Of a DNA stretch of 64,000 nucleotides, positions 53,870 through 64,000 are shown piece by piece. A program made the translations under genes and the position numbers. Under the pieces are notes generated by a model. The model ran no database searches and was not told the origin of the DNA. It saw nothing but the letters and a program-made list of their open reading frames with translations. Origin of the DNA: an uncultured Phycisphaerales bacterium (GTDB taxonomy: Bacteria; Planctomycetota; Phycisphaerae; Tepidisphaerales; Tepidisphaeraceae); NCBI GenBank assembly GCA_963758525.1, contig CAVWVQ010000003.1, positions 1,472,001 through 1,536,000 on the forward strand, given 5' to 3'. Numbering within the stretch: the first letter of the stretch is position 1; every line of letters begins with the position of its first letter.

Positions 53870-54415
53870 GTGAGTAAGTCCAAAGCGAACATGATCGCAG
53901 TCCGTTGGGTTTTCGTGTTCGCGGCGATCGTTGCGCCGCGCCCGGCCCATGCACTTCCTGAACCGGAGATCAAGGCGGCATTCATTTACCGCTTCACACA
54001 ATTTGTGACATGGCCGGATGATGCGTTCGCCGGAAGCGACGCGCCCTTCGTCATCGCGACGGCTGGCGATGATTCATTGTCGGCATCGCTCAAGCGTGTC
54101 ATGGCCGGGAGGGTCGTGAACGGTCATCCGATCGTCGTGACTCATTTTGCCTCGGTCGATCGGATCGACCATTGCCATGTCCTGTTTGTGCCGGCGTCCC
54201 AACAGGGCACGGTGCCCGCCATTCTCGCCAAGGTTGGGAGCGCGCCGGTGCTGACCGTCGGCGACGGCGATGCCTTCATGAGCCAGGGCGGCGCGATTCG
54301 ACTGTTTGTGGAAGACGGCCGGATGCGGTTCGAGCTGAACCCCGACGTCGTGACAGCAGCGCGGCTGAAGCCCGGCGCGCAGCTGATGAAAGTCGGGCGG
54401 GTTTATCAGAAATGA
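53870..54415 (+). CDS. YfiR (DUF4154) family periplasmic protein
   Basis: IKAAFIYRFTQFVTWP, CHVLF, VLTVGD, RFELN. Confidence 0.88.
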   Translation: MSKSKANMIAVRWVFVFAAIVAPRPAHALPEPEIKAAFIYRFTQFVTWPDDAFAGSDAPFVIATAGDDSLSASLKRVMAGRVVNGHPIVVTHFASVDRIDHCHVLFVPASQQGTVPAILAKVGSAPVLTVGDGDAFMSQGGAIRLFVEDGRMRFELNPDVVTAARLKPGAQLMKVGRVYQK

Positions 54416-54421
54416 TTGTAT

Positions 54422-56768
54422 ATGTTGATGCTGCGTACGCTGAAATCGAAATTATTTGCCATGTCGGTCGTTTCCACCGGCGCCGCCCTTGTGGCGGTTT
54501 GCGGCCTGCTGGGGTGGTACGACTATCACACGTTCCGCAAAGCGATGGTCACGCAAGCCCAGACCATCGCGCATCTCGTGGCCCACAACAGCATCGCCGC
54601 CCTCTCCTTCGCGGATAGCAATGATGCCGCTCAAACTTTGGCGTCGTTGCGCAGCGAGCCCCATATCGTGGCAGCCTGCGTTTACGACCACACGGGAAAA
54701 AGTCTCGCGTCGTATTTTCGCGACGATCCCGTGCCGTTGCCGAGTCCCGGCGAACTGGCTCCGGGCACGTCCCAATTCAAAGAAGACCGGCTGGAAGTCA
54801 CCTGCCCGATTCAGCTCACCGGCGAGGAACTCGGCTCTGCCTACATCAGAATGGACCTGGGCGCTCTTCACGAGCGGACGAACCGATACGTGATGGTGTT
54901 CGGCAGCGCGATTCTTGCGGCGATGGCGGTCGCATTGGGGTTCACCACCCGGCTCAGCCGCTACATCATCGGCCCGATCGAGCACCTCAGCCGGACGGCC
55001 ACCGACGTCTGGACGAACCAGAATTATTCGGTGCGCGCGATGAAGACCACCAGCGATGAGCTGGGCGCGCTGGTCGACTGCTTCAATATCATGCTGAATC
55101 AGATCCAGGAGCGCGACCATCAGCTCACGCAGCATCGCGAACACCTGGAGGATCTGGTGGCGGTGCGCACCACGGAATTATCCAATGCCCGCGACAAGGC
55201 CGAGGAGGCCAGCCGCGCCAAGAGCAATTTTCTGGCAAACATGAGCCACGAGATCCGCACCCCCATGACCGCGATCCTGGGATACGCCGATCTCATGCTG
55301 TCGCCGGTGCAGACAATGTCGGACCGGATCAACTCTCTCCAGGTGGTTCGGCGGAACGCGCGGCATTTGATGGAGCTGATCAACGACATCCTCGACATCA
55401 GCAAGATTGAAGCCGGGAAGATGACCGTGGAGGCTATCGCCTGCGACCCCGCCCGGGTCGCGATGGAAGTCGCTTCGATGCTCCGGCCGCGAGCCATCGC
55501 CAAATCCCTTCCCCTCTCCGTGGAATTCGTGGGAGACATTCCCGCGGAGGTCAACACCGACCCGCTGCGGCTCAAGCAAATCCTCATGAACCTCACGGGC
55601 AATGCCATCAAATTCACTGAGCGGGGGAACATCTGTGTCAGGCTGTCCGTTGAAAAGCGGGCGGACGCAAGCCGGGTGCGGTTCGACATCATCGATTCGG
55701 GAATCGGCATGTCGCCGGACCAGGTGGGACGTCTCTTTCAACCCTTCGTGCAGGCCGATGATTCGATGACTCGCAAGTATGGCGGCACCGGCCTGGGATT
55801 GGCGATCAGCAAGCGGCTTGCGAAATTCATGGGCGGGGACATCTCCGTTTGCTCCGAGCCGGGACATGGGAGCACGTTCAGCTTCTGGCTCGACGGCGGA
55901 CCGCTGCACAACGTCCCGATGCGGCAAGGGCTCACGGAATCGATGCTCGCGATCAGTCCTGATACTTCCGAAATCGAGCAGATCGTGCTGCGCGGGAAAA
56001 TCCTGCTGGCGGAAGATGGAATCGACAACCAGCAATTGCTGACGCTGCACCTGGTCACGGCCGGAGCGGTGGTGGTCATTGCCGAGAACGGGCGTGTTGC
56101 AGTCCAGCGGGTGTGCGGGGAGCCGTTTGATCTGGTGTTGATGGACATGCAGATGCCCGAACTGGACGGATACGGAGCGACCAGCGAATTGCGGCGGCTG
56201 GGATTCACGCTGCCGATCGTCGCACTGACCGCCCATGCCATGGGCGGCGACCGGGCACGGTGTATCGAGGCGGGATGCACGGACTACCTGACCAAACCGA
56301 TCGACAATGAGCTGTTGCTCCGCACGGTGGCCAGCTATCTCAAGCCGATCGTCATGCCGTCGCAACCGCCGCCATTGCCGGCACCAGTTGGAAGACTCGC
56401 GCGAGCTTGAGCCGCCAGCGGCCTCGCCCGCACGGCAGAACGCTCACTCGAAGGACCGCGCCGGCGAGGCGATGCGCCGCGCGGTCGAGGGATTTGTCGG
56501 ACGTCTTCCCGGTCGAGTCAACGAACTTGACAGTCTCTGCACGGGGCATGAGTTGGGGAAACTCGGCCGGCTGATTCACCAGCTCAAAGGTGCTGGCACC
56601 GGCTACGGGTTCCCGGCGATCACCCAGACTGCCGCCAGAATCGAATCAGTCGTGAAGAGCGACGCGGAATTCGATGCGGTTCGTGCCGCCGTGGATGAAC
56701 TGATTGCATTAATCCGGCGGACGGCCGGCTACGACCCGGCCAGAGAGCGACAAACCCGCCATGCCTGA
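54422..56768 (+). CDS. Membrane hybrid kinase CHASE8-like-HAMP-HisKA-HATPase-REC-Hpt; frameshift near 56385
   Basis: [31 protein letters not shown]; Hpt HQLKGAGTGYG in the shifted frame. Confidence 0.88.
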
Positions 56769-58514
56769 TCAAATGATTCTCATCATCGATGATTCGCCCG
56801 ACATTCACGAGCTGGTGGAACTGGGGCTTTTCGGCGAACCCATCGAGCTGATCTCCTGCTTCGGCGGCGAGGCCGGATTGGCGATGGCGGTGATGCGCCG
56901 GCCGGACCTCATTCTTCTTGACGTTGAGATGACCGGGCTTGACGGATTTGAGGTCTGTCGCCAGCTCAAGGCCAATCCCCTGACCGCTGACGTGCCGATC
57001 ATCTTCATCTCCGGCGCATCATCCACAGCAGAGAAACTCCGAGGCCTCGAGCTCGGCGCGATCGATTACGTCACCAAGCCGTTCGACCCCGCCGAGCTGC
57101 GCCGCGCGTCCGCACGTCTTTGAACACCAGGCGGCTGATGGGTCTGCTGGCTGATAAAGCCGACCAGCTTTCATTTCAGGCAACTCACGATTTCCTCACG
57201 CGGCTCCCCAACCGGGCGATGTTCTCCGAGCACCTCCAAAAGGCGCTGGCTGCATCAGTACGAACCGGAAAGTCCGTGGGCGTGCTGCTGGTGGATGTGG
57301 ATCGGTTCAAGCACGTGAATGATACATACGGCCATCAGGCCGGCGACGAGATGCTCTGCCAGATCACGCACCGGCTGCGCGCGCGCCTGCGCGCCTCCGA
57401 TGTGCTGGCGCGCATGGGGGGCGATGAATTTGCCGCAATTCTCCCAGATCTGGCAAGCCCCGGCGATGCAATTCGCGTTGCAGTCTCCTTATCGCAGGAG
57501 TTGCAGGAACCGATCGATTTGATGGGACGCCAGCAATTCGTCACCATCAGCGTCGGCTCGGCAGCCTTTCCCCGCGACGCGATTGACATGAGAACGCTGG
57601 TGAAGAATGCCGACCTGGCGCTCTATCAGGCCAAGGATGCGGGTCGAAACACCGCCCGGGAATTCACTACCGCCATGAATGATGGGACTGCGGGCCTGTT
57701 GGAACTCGAGGGCGAGCTGCGGCTTGCAATCAAGAACAGGGAATTCCGGCTGCATTACCAGCCCAAGGTGGATCGGAACGATCGCATCACGGGCTTGGAA
57801 GCATTGATTCGATGGCAGCATCCGCGCCTGGGAATGGTCCCGCCCGGGCGCTTCATTACCCTCGCGGAAGAAACAGGGCTCATCATTCCGATCGGCGCGT
57901 GGGTGATCGAAGAGGCTGCCCGCCAGAGTTTGGCCTGGATCGCGGCGGGTCTGGGAAGAACGCCCATCGCCGTCAATGTTTCCGCGCTGCAATTCGCCCA
58001 ACCCGATTTCATCCGCGTCATCTCCAACGTCATTGCGCTCCCCGGCTCGCCACGGCCGTGCCTCGAAATCGAACTGACTGAAACATTGCTGATGCGCAAC
58101 ATCCGCGACGCCGGAGACAAGCTGGCGCAATTGCGGAAGATGAACGTGTCGATCGCCATCGACGACTTCGGCATCGGTTACTCGTCGCTGGCTTATTTGC
58201 AGCGGCTTCCGCTGGACACGCTGAAGATCGATCGCTCGTTTGTCAGCACGATCAAGGCGGATGATGACCCGACGCACGATAACGGAAGCGGGCGGAGCAT
58301 CGTCAAAGCAATCGTGGCGCTCGCAAAAAGCCTCGGCCTGCAACTGGTCGCCGAGGGCGTCGAAACCGCCCTGCAGCGTGAATTTCTGCTGCAGATTGGC
58401 TGCGATCAACTTCAGGGTTTTTTGTTCTGCCCGCCCAATACGCCCGAGCACATTGAATTGCTGCTCCGACAGCAGACGAAGATGGATGCGTCGCGGCTGA
58501 CCCGCTGCGCGTAG
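56761..58514 (+). CDS. REC-GGDEF-EAL protein; frameshift near 57103
   Basis: IIDDS, LLDVEM, DYVTKPF; HDFLTRLPNR, MGGDEF, EALIRW, DDFGIGYSSL. Confidence 0.9.
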
Positions 58515-58574
58515 CCGAAACTTGCAGCAACGAAATCCACGCGATGTCCCCAAACCCTCGGTGACGCCTTCCCG

Positions 58575-58713
58575 GGGTGTAACTTTTATTTGTGGCGATT
58601 GCAGATTTTGCGATCGTAGGGCGGGATTCATCCCGCCGTTTTCTCAGCCGGCCAACAAATCGGCGGGATGAATCCCGCCCTACTCGGAGCCGATCGCCAC
58701 TTTCGAGCGCCAC
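58575..58713. repeat. Inverted copy of the 139-bp REPIN-containing element at 7408-7546
   Basis: Reverse complement matches 7408-7546 across its length by eye. Confidence 0.9.
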
Positions 58714-58831
58714 ACCCCCTTCCCGCAGCCACCCGCGGTTCTTCTCGAACTATAATGGCGAGCAGAATATACTGCTCGTAAAGCCAAAATCGAGACTTAT
58801 ATGCATGCGTACTCGATTGGAGACCTGCAAC

Positions 58832-59683
58832 ATGCCAATTCATGACTGGAGCCGCGTGGATGCCGGGATTTTTCATCATTTCCACCAGGCTTGGACAATC
58901 GAGATCACCTATGCACTCAACGGAGGCGGACTCCCGCCCGGTTACTTCGCATTGGCCGAGCAGATCGTCAGCGGTCCGATCCCCGACGTTGTCACATTGC
59001 AGCGGCGTCCGGATTCGGCACGTCCACCGATCGAGGCTGGCGGGATTGCGCTTGCCGATGCCCCGCCGCGAGCGCGTTTTACCACAACCGCGGAAGTTGA
59101 CCCCTACGTCGCCAAGGCGAACCACATCGCGATCAAGCACCGACTGGGCCGCGTTGCGGCTGTCATTGAAATCGTATCGCCCGGCAATAAGGGGAGTCAG
59201 CACGCGCTGCGGTCATTTGTGGAAAAGTCATATGACCTGCTGAACAGCGGCGTCAATTTGCTCGTGGTGGATCTGTTTCCGCCGTCGCGGCGTGACCCGC
59301 AGGGAATTCACAAGGCCATCTGGGACACCATTCACGATGAGCCGTTTGACCTCCCGTTGGATAAGCCGTTGACTGTCGCCGCATACATGGGCGGCGAGTT
59401 GAAGAGGGCTTACATCGAGCCCGTTGCCGTCGGCGACCTGCTGCCTGAACTGCCGATCTTTCTGGATGATCGCACGTATGTTCCGGCACCGCTGGAATCG
59501 ACCTACCAATCGACATGGTCCAAATGCCCCGAACCGGTGCGCAAATGGTTGAGCATCCGGCCGATTGAGCACAAGAGCCCCGATCGCAGCCCGTCATCCT
59601 CCTGCAACGGTTTCCCACACGAGTTGGCGAGCCGTCGATCCCCGCTTCGCTGGCGCAATGCGCCGAGCATGCTCGGCGGCTAA
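58832..59683 (+). CDS. DUF4058 (Uma2-like nuclease fold) protein; true stop may be near 59568 if frameshifted
   Basis: MPIHDWSRVDAGIFHHFH, PDV, VIEIVSPGNK, LPELPIFL. Confidence 0.8.
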   Translation: MPIHDWSRVDAGIFHHFHQAWTIEITYALNGGGLPPGYFALAEQIVSGPIPDVVTLQRRPDSARPPIEAGGIALADAPPRARFTTTAEVDPYVAKANHIAIKHRLGRVAAVIEIVSPGNKGSQHALRSFVEKSYDLLNSGVNLLVVDLFPPSRRDPQGIHKAIWDTIHDEPFDLPLDKPLTVAAYMGGELKRAYIEPVAVGDLLPELPIFLDDRTYVPAPLESTYQSTWSKCPEPVRKWLSIRPIEHKSPDRSPSSSCNGFPHELASRRSPLRWRNAPSMLGG

Positions 59684-59702
59684 CCGAGGACCGCGCACCG
59701 TG

Positions 59703-60446
59703 TCACGGCAAATCACGGCGAATCAGAACATGCGTTGCAATGGTCAGAACCACGGCGGCCCATCCGGCGGTGTAGAGGAAGAGGTTTGCGAGATAGGCGA
59801 GAAATCGCCCTTTTTCAGGCTCCCATCGATAGTGCAGAAGATTCGGAACCAGGTAGTAGGCGCTGATCCAACCGGCCGAGGGCGTCCGGTCGAACGCCGC
59901 CCAGGCCATGACGGGAAGGGCGAACATCACGGTGCTGAGCAGCATCACGACCGAGGCGGCGACGATGGCGCGCATCTCGCTGAATACCACCGACGCGGCG
60001 GTGCAGAGCGCGTTGAGAAAGATCAGCAGCAAGGCCGTGCGGGCGGCAGCGAAAAACAGCCAGGTGTTGGGCCGTTGCCCCTTGATCAGCAGACAGACCG
60101 CAAAAATTCCCAGGAGGATCAATTCGGAGCCGACGACCATGCCGGCCATGCCGAGAAATTTTCCCAGCAGGTACTGCAGCCGGGTGATCGGCTTGGACAG
60201 ATAGAGCTGGGTTTCCTTTCGGTTGATCTCGCGTGGAATCTCCAGCGTTGTCCAGAACATGGTGAACGCGGCAAGGAACGTCAATGTCACGAAGATGCCG
60301 CTTTGCTCCGTGCCGGCTTCGTCATTCAGCATGATTGCCTGCAGGCCCAGGGCGACGTAGACCAGCACCAGCGTGAGAATGGCCAGTTGGATGAGCACTG
60401 CTCTTTCGGCGATCCGTCGAAGGGTGATCCAGGCGATGGAAAGCAT
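59703..60446 (-). CDS. ABC-2 type transporter permease
   Basis: IAWITLR, EIPREI..LSKPITRLQYLLGKFLG, multiple TMs. Confidence 0.85.
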   Translation of the reverse strand: MLSIAWITLRRIAERAVLIQLAILTLVLVYVALGLQAIMLNDEAGTEQSGIFVTLTFLAAFTMFWTTLEIPREINRKETQLYLSKPITRLQYLLGKFLGMAGMVVGSELILLGIFAVCLLIKGQRPNTWLFFAAARTALLLIFLNALCTAASVVFSEMRAIVAASVVMLLSTVMFALPVMAWAAFDRTPSAGWISAYYLVPNLLHYRWEPEKGRFLAYLANLFLYTAGWAAVVLTIATHVLIRRDLP

Positions 60447-60567
60447 GTTGCGTCTGTTCGCTCCGTGACCTTGCGCGGCCATGCGCTTCCAAAAAGCTGA
60501 GCGGCTGTCCCGAGGGGCAGCCAGGAGCCTCGCACCCGCGCAAGTTCATTTACAGCGAAGCGGTTCC

Positions 60568-62424
60568 TTACGGTTCGAAACTCGTCTGGTCTTGCGTTTC
60601 CGATCCTGGCACGATCAGCCAGCCCCACCGCTCGGGCTGACGATCCCCGGAATTGGTCGGGCTCCAGGAATAAATCTGCCTGATGGACTGGCCATGTTCC
60701 TGAACATATCTGAAGCGTCTGGCGTTAAAGCGAAGCAGCGACGGGCCGGGACGAATCAGCAGCTTCCGCTGCAGGACCATCCGCACCTTCCACCCGCTGG
60801 GGGTCTTTGCGGCAGTTGCTTTGGCGCCGATCTCGGGAAGCACATGCGTCTGGGTTTTTGAGCCCGTCATGTCCATCCTCGCGGCCCAGACCACCCCCGC
60901 GGAGTTGGCGTCGATCTGGTAGTCAAAGTCGAACCAGCGGTCGGGATTGAACGAGAGCTCAAACGATTCGTCACGCGAAACCGGGCCGTTGGGCTTCTTT
61001 GTGGTTGCCGGCGGCAACGGGTTGCGCGGCTCGTCGGCCGTGCACTCGGCGACGATCAGATCGGATGAAATCCAGAGTTCCACATGGGAGTGAATGTCGG
61101 CGGGGATCGCCTTGCCGGTCGGCACCAGTGCGAAGGTGCCGCCATATACGTTCGATGCCCCGCGCATCTCCGGAGGAAGATCGCCGCTGCGCGGGCGAAG
61201 GGTTGCGACCGGGGACAGCCGGGTAAAATTACCCTGCGAGACGGCCAGCATCTCATCGGAGCCCCTTCTCAATAAGCGGGAGGTGGTGGGAAACGCGATC
61301 TTGGCCAGAGCCGCGGCTTCGGCAAACCGACCCGACAGCAGCAATCCGCGCCAACGTTGCGCGTAGATACCAAGCGAATCGATGCCCATCAGCGATTGCG
61401 ATCGTTTGACCGGCGCCGTGGTGGGCGGCATCAGGATGTTGGAGACAAGCGCGGCGACGTCGTCGAGCCCGCCGAGGTCATCGTCGGCGAGGGATTTGCG
61501 CAGCCGGTCGGCATCGGCATAGCGGCCGGCGCGGGCGTAGGTCACAGCCAGCGCGGCATCGGCGGCGGCGCTGAACGTCGGAAGCAGAGAGGGAGGCGCA
61601 GAGGCGCGCACTGACTCGGCCGCCGCGAGCGAACCTTTGTTGATTGCCTCCTGAAACTTGCGATACCACTCCAGGTCAGCGGCGACCTGCTCCGTCCAGG
61701 TCTGATATTTCGCCAGGGCCGCCTGCAACGCGGGCCGGTCCGGATCGGAGGGCGTCATCAGGGCCAGAAGCTGCTTCATTGCATCGGCCGTGAAGCTTCC
61801 GACCGGGTAAAGCCTGTATACCTGCCGCAGCGCCTCCAACTGCAGCCCCGGCTGCTTGTCTGCTTCCAATTGCGACGCCAGCCCCATATCGATGCCCATG
61901 TTGTCGGTGCTGGGGGAATTCGTCAGCGACAGAACCTTATGGGCATACGCGGGGTAATTGGGGGCAAGCTGCGCGCGCCATTCGGAGGAGAGCAATTCCA
62001 TGTACGCTGGAATCGTCTCGGGAGAGTCGCCGTACCGGGCGATCAGGTTTGTCAGCACCTTGCGGCGACGCTCGTCGGTCGGGGAAAGATGCTGGGAAAC
62101 GAATTTGGAAATTTCGTATGTGGCGGAGGTGAACAACTTCTGGTTGTTCTTGGCATCTGCCGAATCCAGCGTTGCCTGAAGCGAATTCCAGGAAGACTTC
62201 AGGGCGACCTCATCGCGGAGATATTCCGAGAAAGGGAGAAAGACCGGGGCCTCTTCTTTTTTGAACACCGCCAGCAGATCTTCGTCGCGGCGAAGAAGCC
62301 GATCGCCCCAACCGATCAGGACCGCCGCAAAAGCGATCGTGACGAACGTCGCGACGCCCCCGAAAGCAGACCGTTTAGATACCGGCGGCGCTGCGGCCGA
62401 GTTGACGGTTTGCGTGGATTGCAC
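60568..62424 (-). CDS. Membrane-anchored TPR-like protein with C-terminal CBM9/DOMON-like domain
   Basis: N-terminal TM; helical repeats; DESFELSFNP, GWKVRM, FNARR, WSP..PERWGWL. Confidence 0.6.
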   Translation of the reverse strand: MQSTQTVNSAAAPPVSKRSAFGGVATFVTIAFAAVLIGWGDRLLRRDEDLLAVFKKEEAPVFLPFSEYLRDEVALKSSWNSLQATLDSADAKNNQKLFTSATYEISKFVSQHLSPTDERRRKVLTNLIARYGDSPETIPAYMELLSSEWRAQLAPNYPAYAHKVLSLTNSPSTDNMGIDMGLASQLEADKQPGLQLEALRQVYRLYPVGSFTADAMKQLLALMTPSDPDRPALQAALAKYQTWTEQVAADLEWYRKFQEAINKGSLAAAESVRASAPPSLLPTFSAAADAALAVTYARAGRYADADRLRKSLADDDLGGLDDVAALVSNILMPPTTAPVKRSQSLMGIDSLGIYAQRWRGLLLSGRFAEAAALAKIAFPTTSRLLRRGSDEMLAVSQGNFTRLSPVATLRPRSGDLPPEMRGASNVYGGTFALVPTGKAIPADIHSHVELWISSDLIVAECTADEPRNPLPPATTKKPNGPVSRDESFELSFNPDRWFDFDYQIDANSAGVVWAARMDMTGSKTQTHVLPEIGAKATAAKTPSGWKVRMVLQRKLLIRPGPSLLRFNARRFRYVQEHGQSIRQIYSWSPTNSGDRQPERWGWLIVPGSETQDQTSFEP

Positions 62425-62454
62425 GGTGCATGCGACGGGAGCGAGACGCGAACT

Positions 62455-63249
62455 TCAAGCCGACGGCTGATCCGAAGGCCTGGTCGCGGGATTGACCTTC
62501 ACCTTTTCGACCATCGCCTGGGCCTTGGCGCGATCCTCCAGAAGGTGGGTCCGCGCTGCGGGCTCGCTCACGGAGTTGAGCTTTGAGTCACAGTCAGTCA
62601 CGAACTGATCGCCAATGTCAGAGATATACGATGCCGCGATTCCCCGCTCCAGGCGCTGGTTGTTGTCAGCGTCATTGAGGCCGTTATAGAAGGAGTACCA
62701 CAGATCCATCACCGCCAGCCGGTCGTTGCCCAATTGATCGCTGCGCGACCGGACCCAGGACGTCTGCACGAAAAACGGCGCATTCGGCAAATCTTTCGCG
62801 ATGGCCCAATGCTCTTCGGCCTTTTTGGGATCGTGCGTGTACTGCAATTGCGCGACGCCGGCATAGAACTGCAGCTTCCAATTATCCTGCAGTCCCAGCG
62901 TAACGCCCTTGTCGAGCAGCGCCACCGCCAGGTCGGGCCTCCGCGGCATGATCGAGAGGGCGCCATCGAGATAGGCGTCGGCGAACAAGGGATCCAGATT
63001 CGTCAGCGAATTGAGCTTGTTATACAGCGCTTCGGCCTGCTGCGTGTCGATGTCCGTCCTGGCCTCCCACTGAATCAACGTCATCCATCCGATGTTGGAC
63101 AAAAACTTGTCCATGCCGGCGTAAAACTGAACCGGGGCTTTCGTTTCATAGGGAACCATCATCGCTTTATCGCTGTACACCTTGTTCGCGACCAGCGAGC
63201 ACAGCACCAGGCCGACCAATACCACCACGAGCAAAATTCCAGGTTTCAC
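62455..63249 (-). CDS. Membrane-anchored TPR-like hypothetical protein
   Basis: N-terminal TM; LTNLDPLF..AY..AVALLDKG helical repeat. Confidence 0.6.
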   Translation of the reverse strand: MKPGILLVVVLVGLVLCSLVANKVYSDKAMMVPYETKAPVQFYAGMDKFLSNIGWMTLIQWEARTDIDTQQAEALYNKLNSLTNLDPLFADAYLDGALSIMPRRPDLAVALLDKGVTLGLQDNWKLQFYAGVAQLQYTHDPKKAEEHWAIAKDLPNAPFFVQTSWVRSRSDQLGNDRLAVMDLWYSFYNGLNDADNNQRLERGIAASYISDIGDQFVTDCDSKLNSVSEPAARTHLLEDRAKAQAMVEKVKVNPATRPSDQPSA

Positions 63250-63286
63250 AGTACGGGCTCCTTTGTTGAGCAGTGGTCATCCAGAA

Positions 63287-64000
63287 TTACAGGTCCCGCT
63301 GACGGAAGACCAGCAATGCCAGCGCCATGGTCACCGCCGAGAAGAGCAGTGCATATCCAAGGCTTTCCGCCGCGTAGCCCCAATTGACCGCCGGCGCCGA
63401 CGCAAAAAGGGATTGGCTGGCTTCGCTGCGAGTATTGAGCAGGCTGAGATTCGGCAGCAAGCCATAGATGAACCGCAAAACAAACCGCGCCGTCGCCCCC
63501 GACTGGTCTGCCATCTGCCGGATGATCTGAGTTGAATGGCCGAGCCAGAAGATGAGGAAGGTGGCGACAACCGCGGGCACCTCTCCAAGGAACGCGCCGA
63601 ACAGCGCTCCCACGGACGCCAGCATCAATACCATCCCCAGCACACCGACGACCGGCATGAACATTTCCGGCGGAAGCGAGCCCTCGCTGACACGCACCAC
63701 GACGCAAAACCCGGCGCCGACGATCAGCACATTGGCGAAAGCGAAGAGCAGCGTGCCGAAAAATTTGCCCAGGAGATACTGATCGCGGCCGACGGGTTTG
63801 CTGAGCAGGTTCTCGGCTTCCCGCTGGCGAATCTCGCGCGGCACCTCGAAGCCAAGAATCAGCACCGACCCTCCCCCCACCAGGGAGATCAACACCAATC
63901 CCATATCCACCAGCAGGATTTGCCCGCGCCCGATCGATAAGACATTGTATCGATTTGCCAGGGCAATCAGGATGATCAGCAGCCCCCAGAGAATATATAG
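63287..64000 (-). CDS. ABC-2 type transporter permease, 5' partial
   Basis: Frame open to the window end; EVPREI..LLSKPVGRDQYLLGKF, LLPNL, FRQRDL. Confidence 0.85.
   Translation of the reverse strand, partial: LYILWGLLIILIALANRYNVLSIGRGQILLVDMGLVLISLVGGGSVLILGFEVPREIRQREAENLLSKPVGRDQYLLGKFFGTLLFAFANVLIVGAGFCVVVRVSEGSLPPEMFMPVVGVLGMVLMLASVGALFGAFLGEVPAVVATFLIFWLGHSTQIIRQMADQSGATARFVLRFIYGLLPNLSLLNTRSEASQSLFASAPAVNWGYAAESLGYALLFSAVTMALALLVFRQRDL

Noticed and set aside
58592..58831. N-terminal extension of the DUF4058 ORF
   Set aside because: Translates the REPIN; the family-typical start MPIHDW is at 58832

Overview
GC-rich bacterial DNA, most likely Planctomycetota (inference from a LEPRxLL extracellular motif, a DUF4058 gene and a planctomycete-type ECF sigma fragment). 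About 13 single-base frameshifts in otherwise intact genes look like long-read consensus errors. Left to right: (1) the right end of an integrative element in tRNA-Gly(TCC), with tyrosine integrase, AlpA/Xis-like HTH and two divergent HEPN-motif genes; (2) an aldehyde dehydrogenase, REP/REPIN repeats and a PDZ protein; (3) a complete 4387-bp IS1595-family transporter element (28-bp perfect IRs, 8-bp TSD) carrying a PIN toxin pair and an MTase-Mrr-like fusion, with deletion-scar pseudogenes on both sides; (4) a hairpin-repeat-rich toxin-antitoxin graveyard and a probable 6S RNA; (5) gcvT-gcvH-gcvP, an SGNH esterase, parDE and pqiAB; (6) a roughly 29-kb signalling cluster with c-di-GMP enzymes, an Ig-repeat/ice-binding adhesin, an ABM + globin-like/B12 (photocobilin-like) + DGC operon, hybrid kinases, DUF2294 and a TBDR-YfiR-HK module; (7) ABC permease genes. 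The most striking observation is a structured leader RNA present twice (46013-46131 on -, 47545-47661 on +). Each copy shows covarying stems, a putative antiterminator and an intrinsic terminator, and lies upstream of a multi-PAS histidine kinase. It is a candidate riboswitch or attenuator that I do not recognise. All family assignments come from motif recognition by eye; no database search was run.
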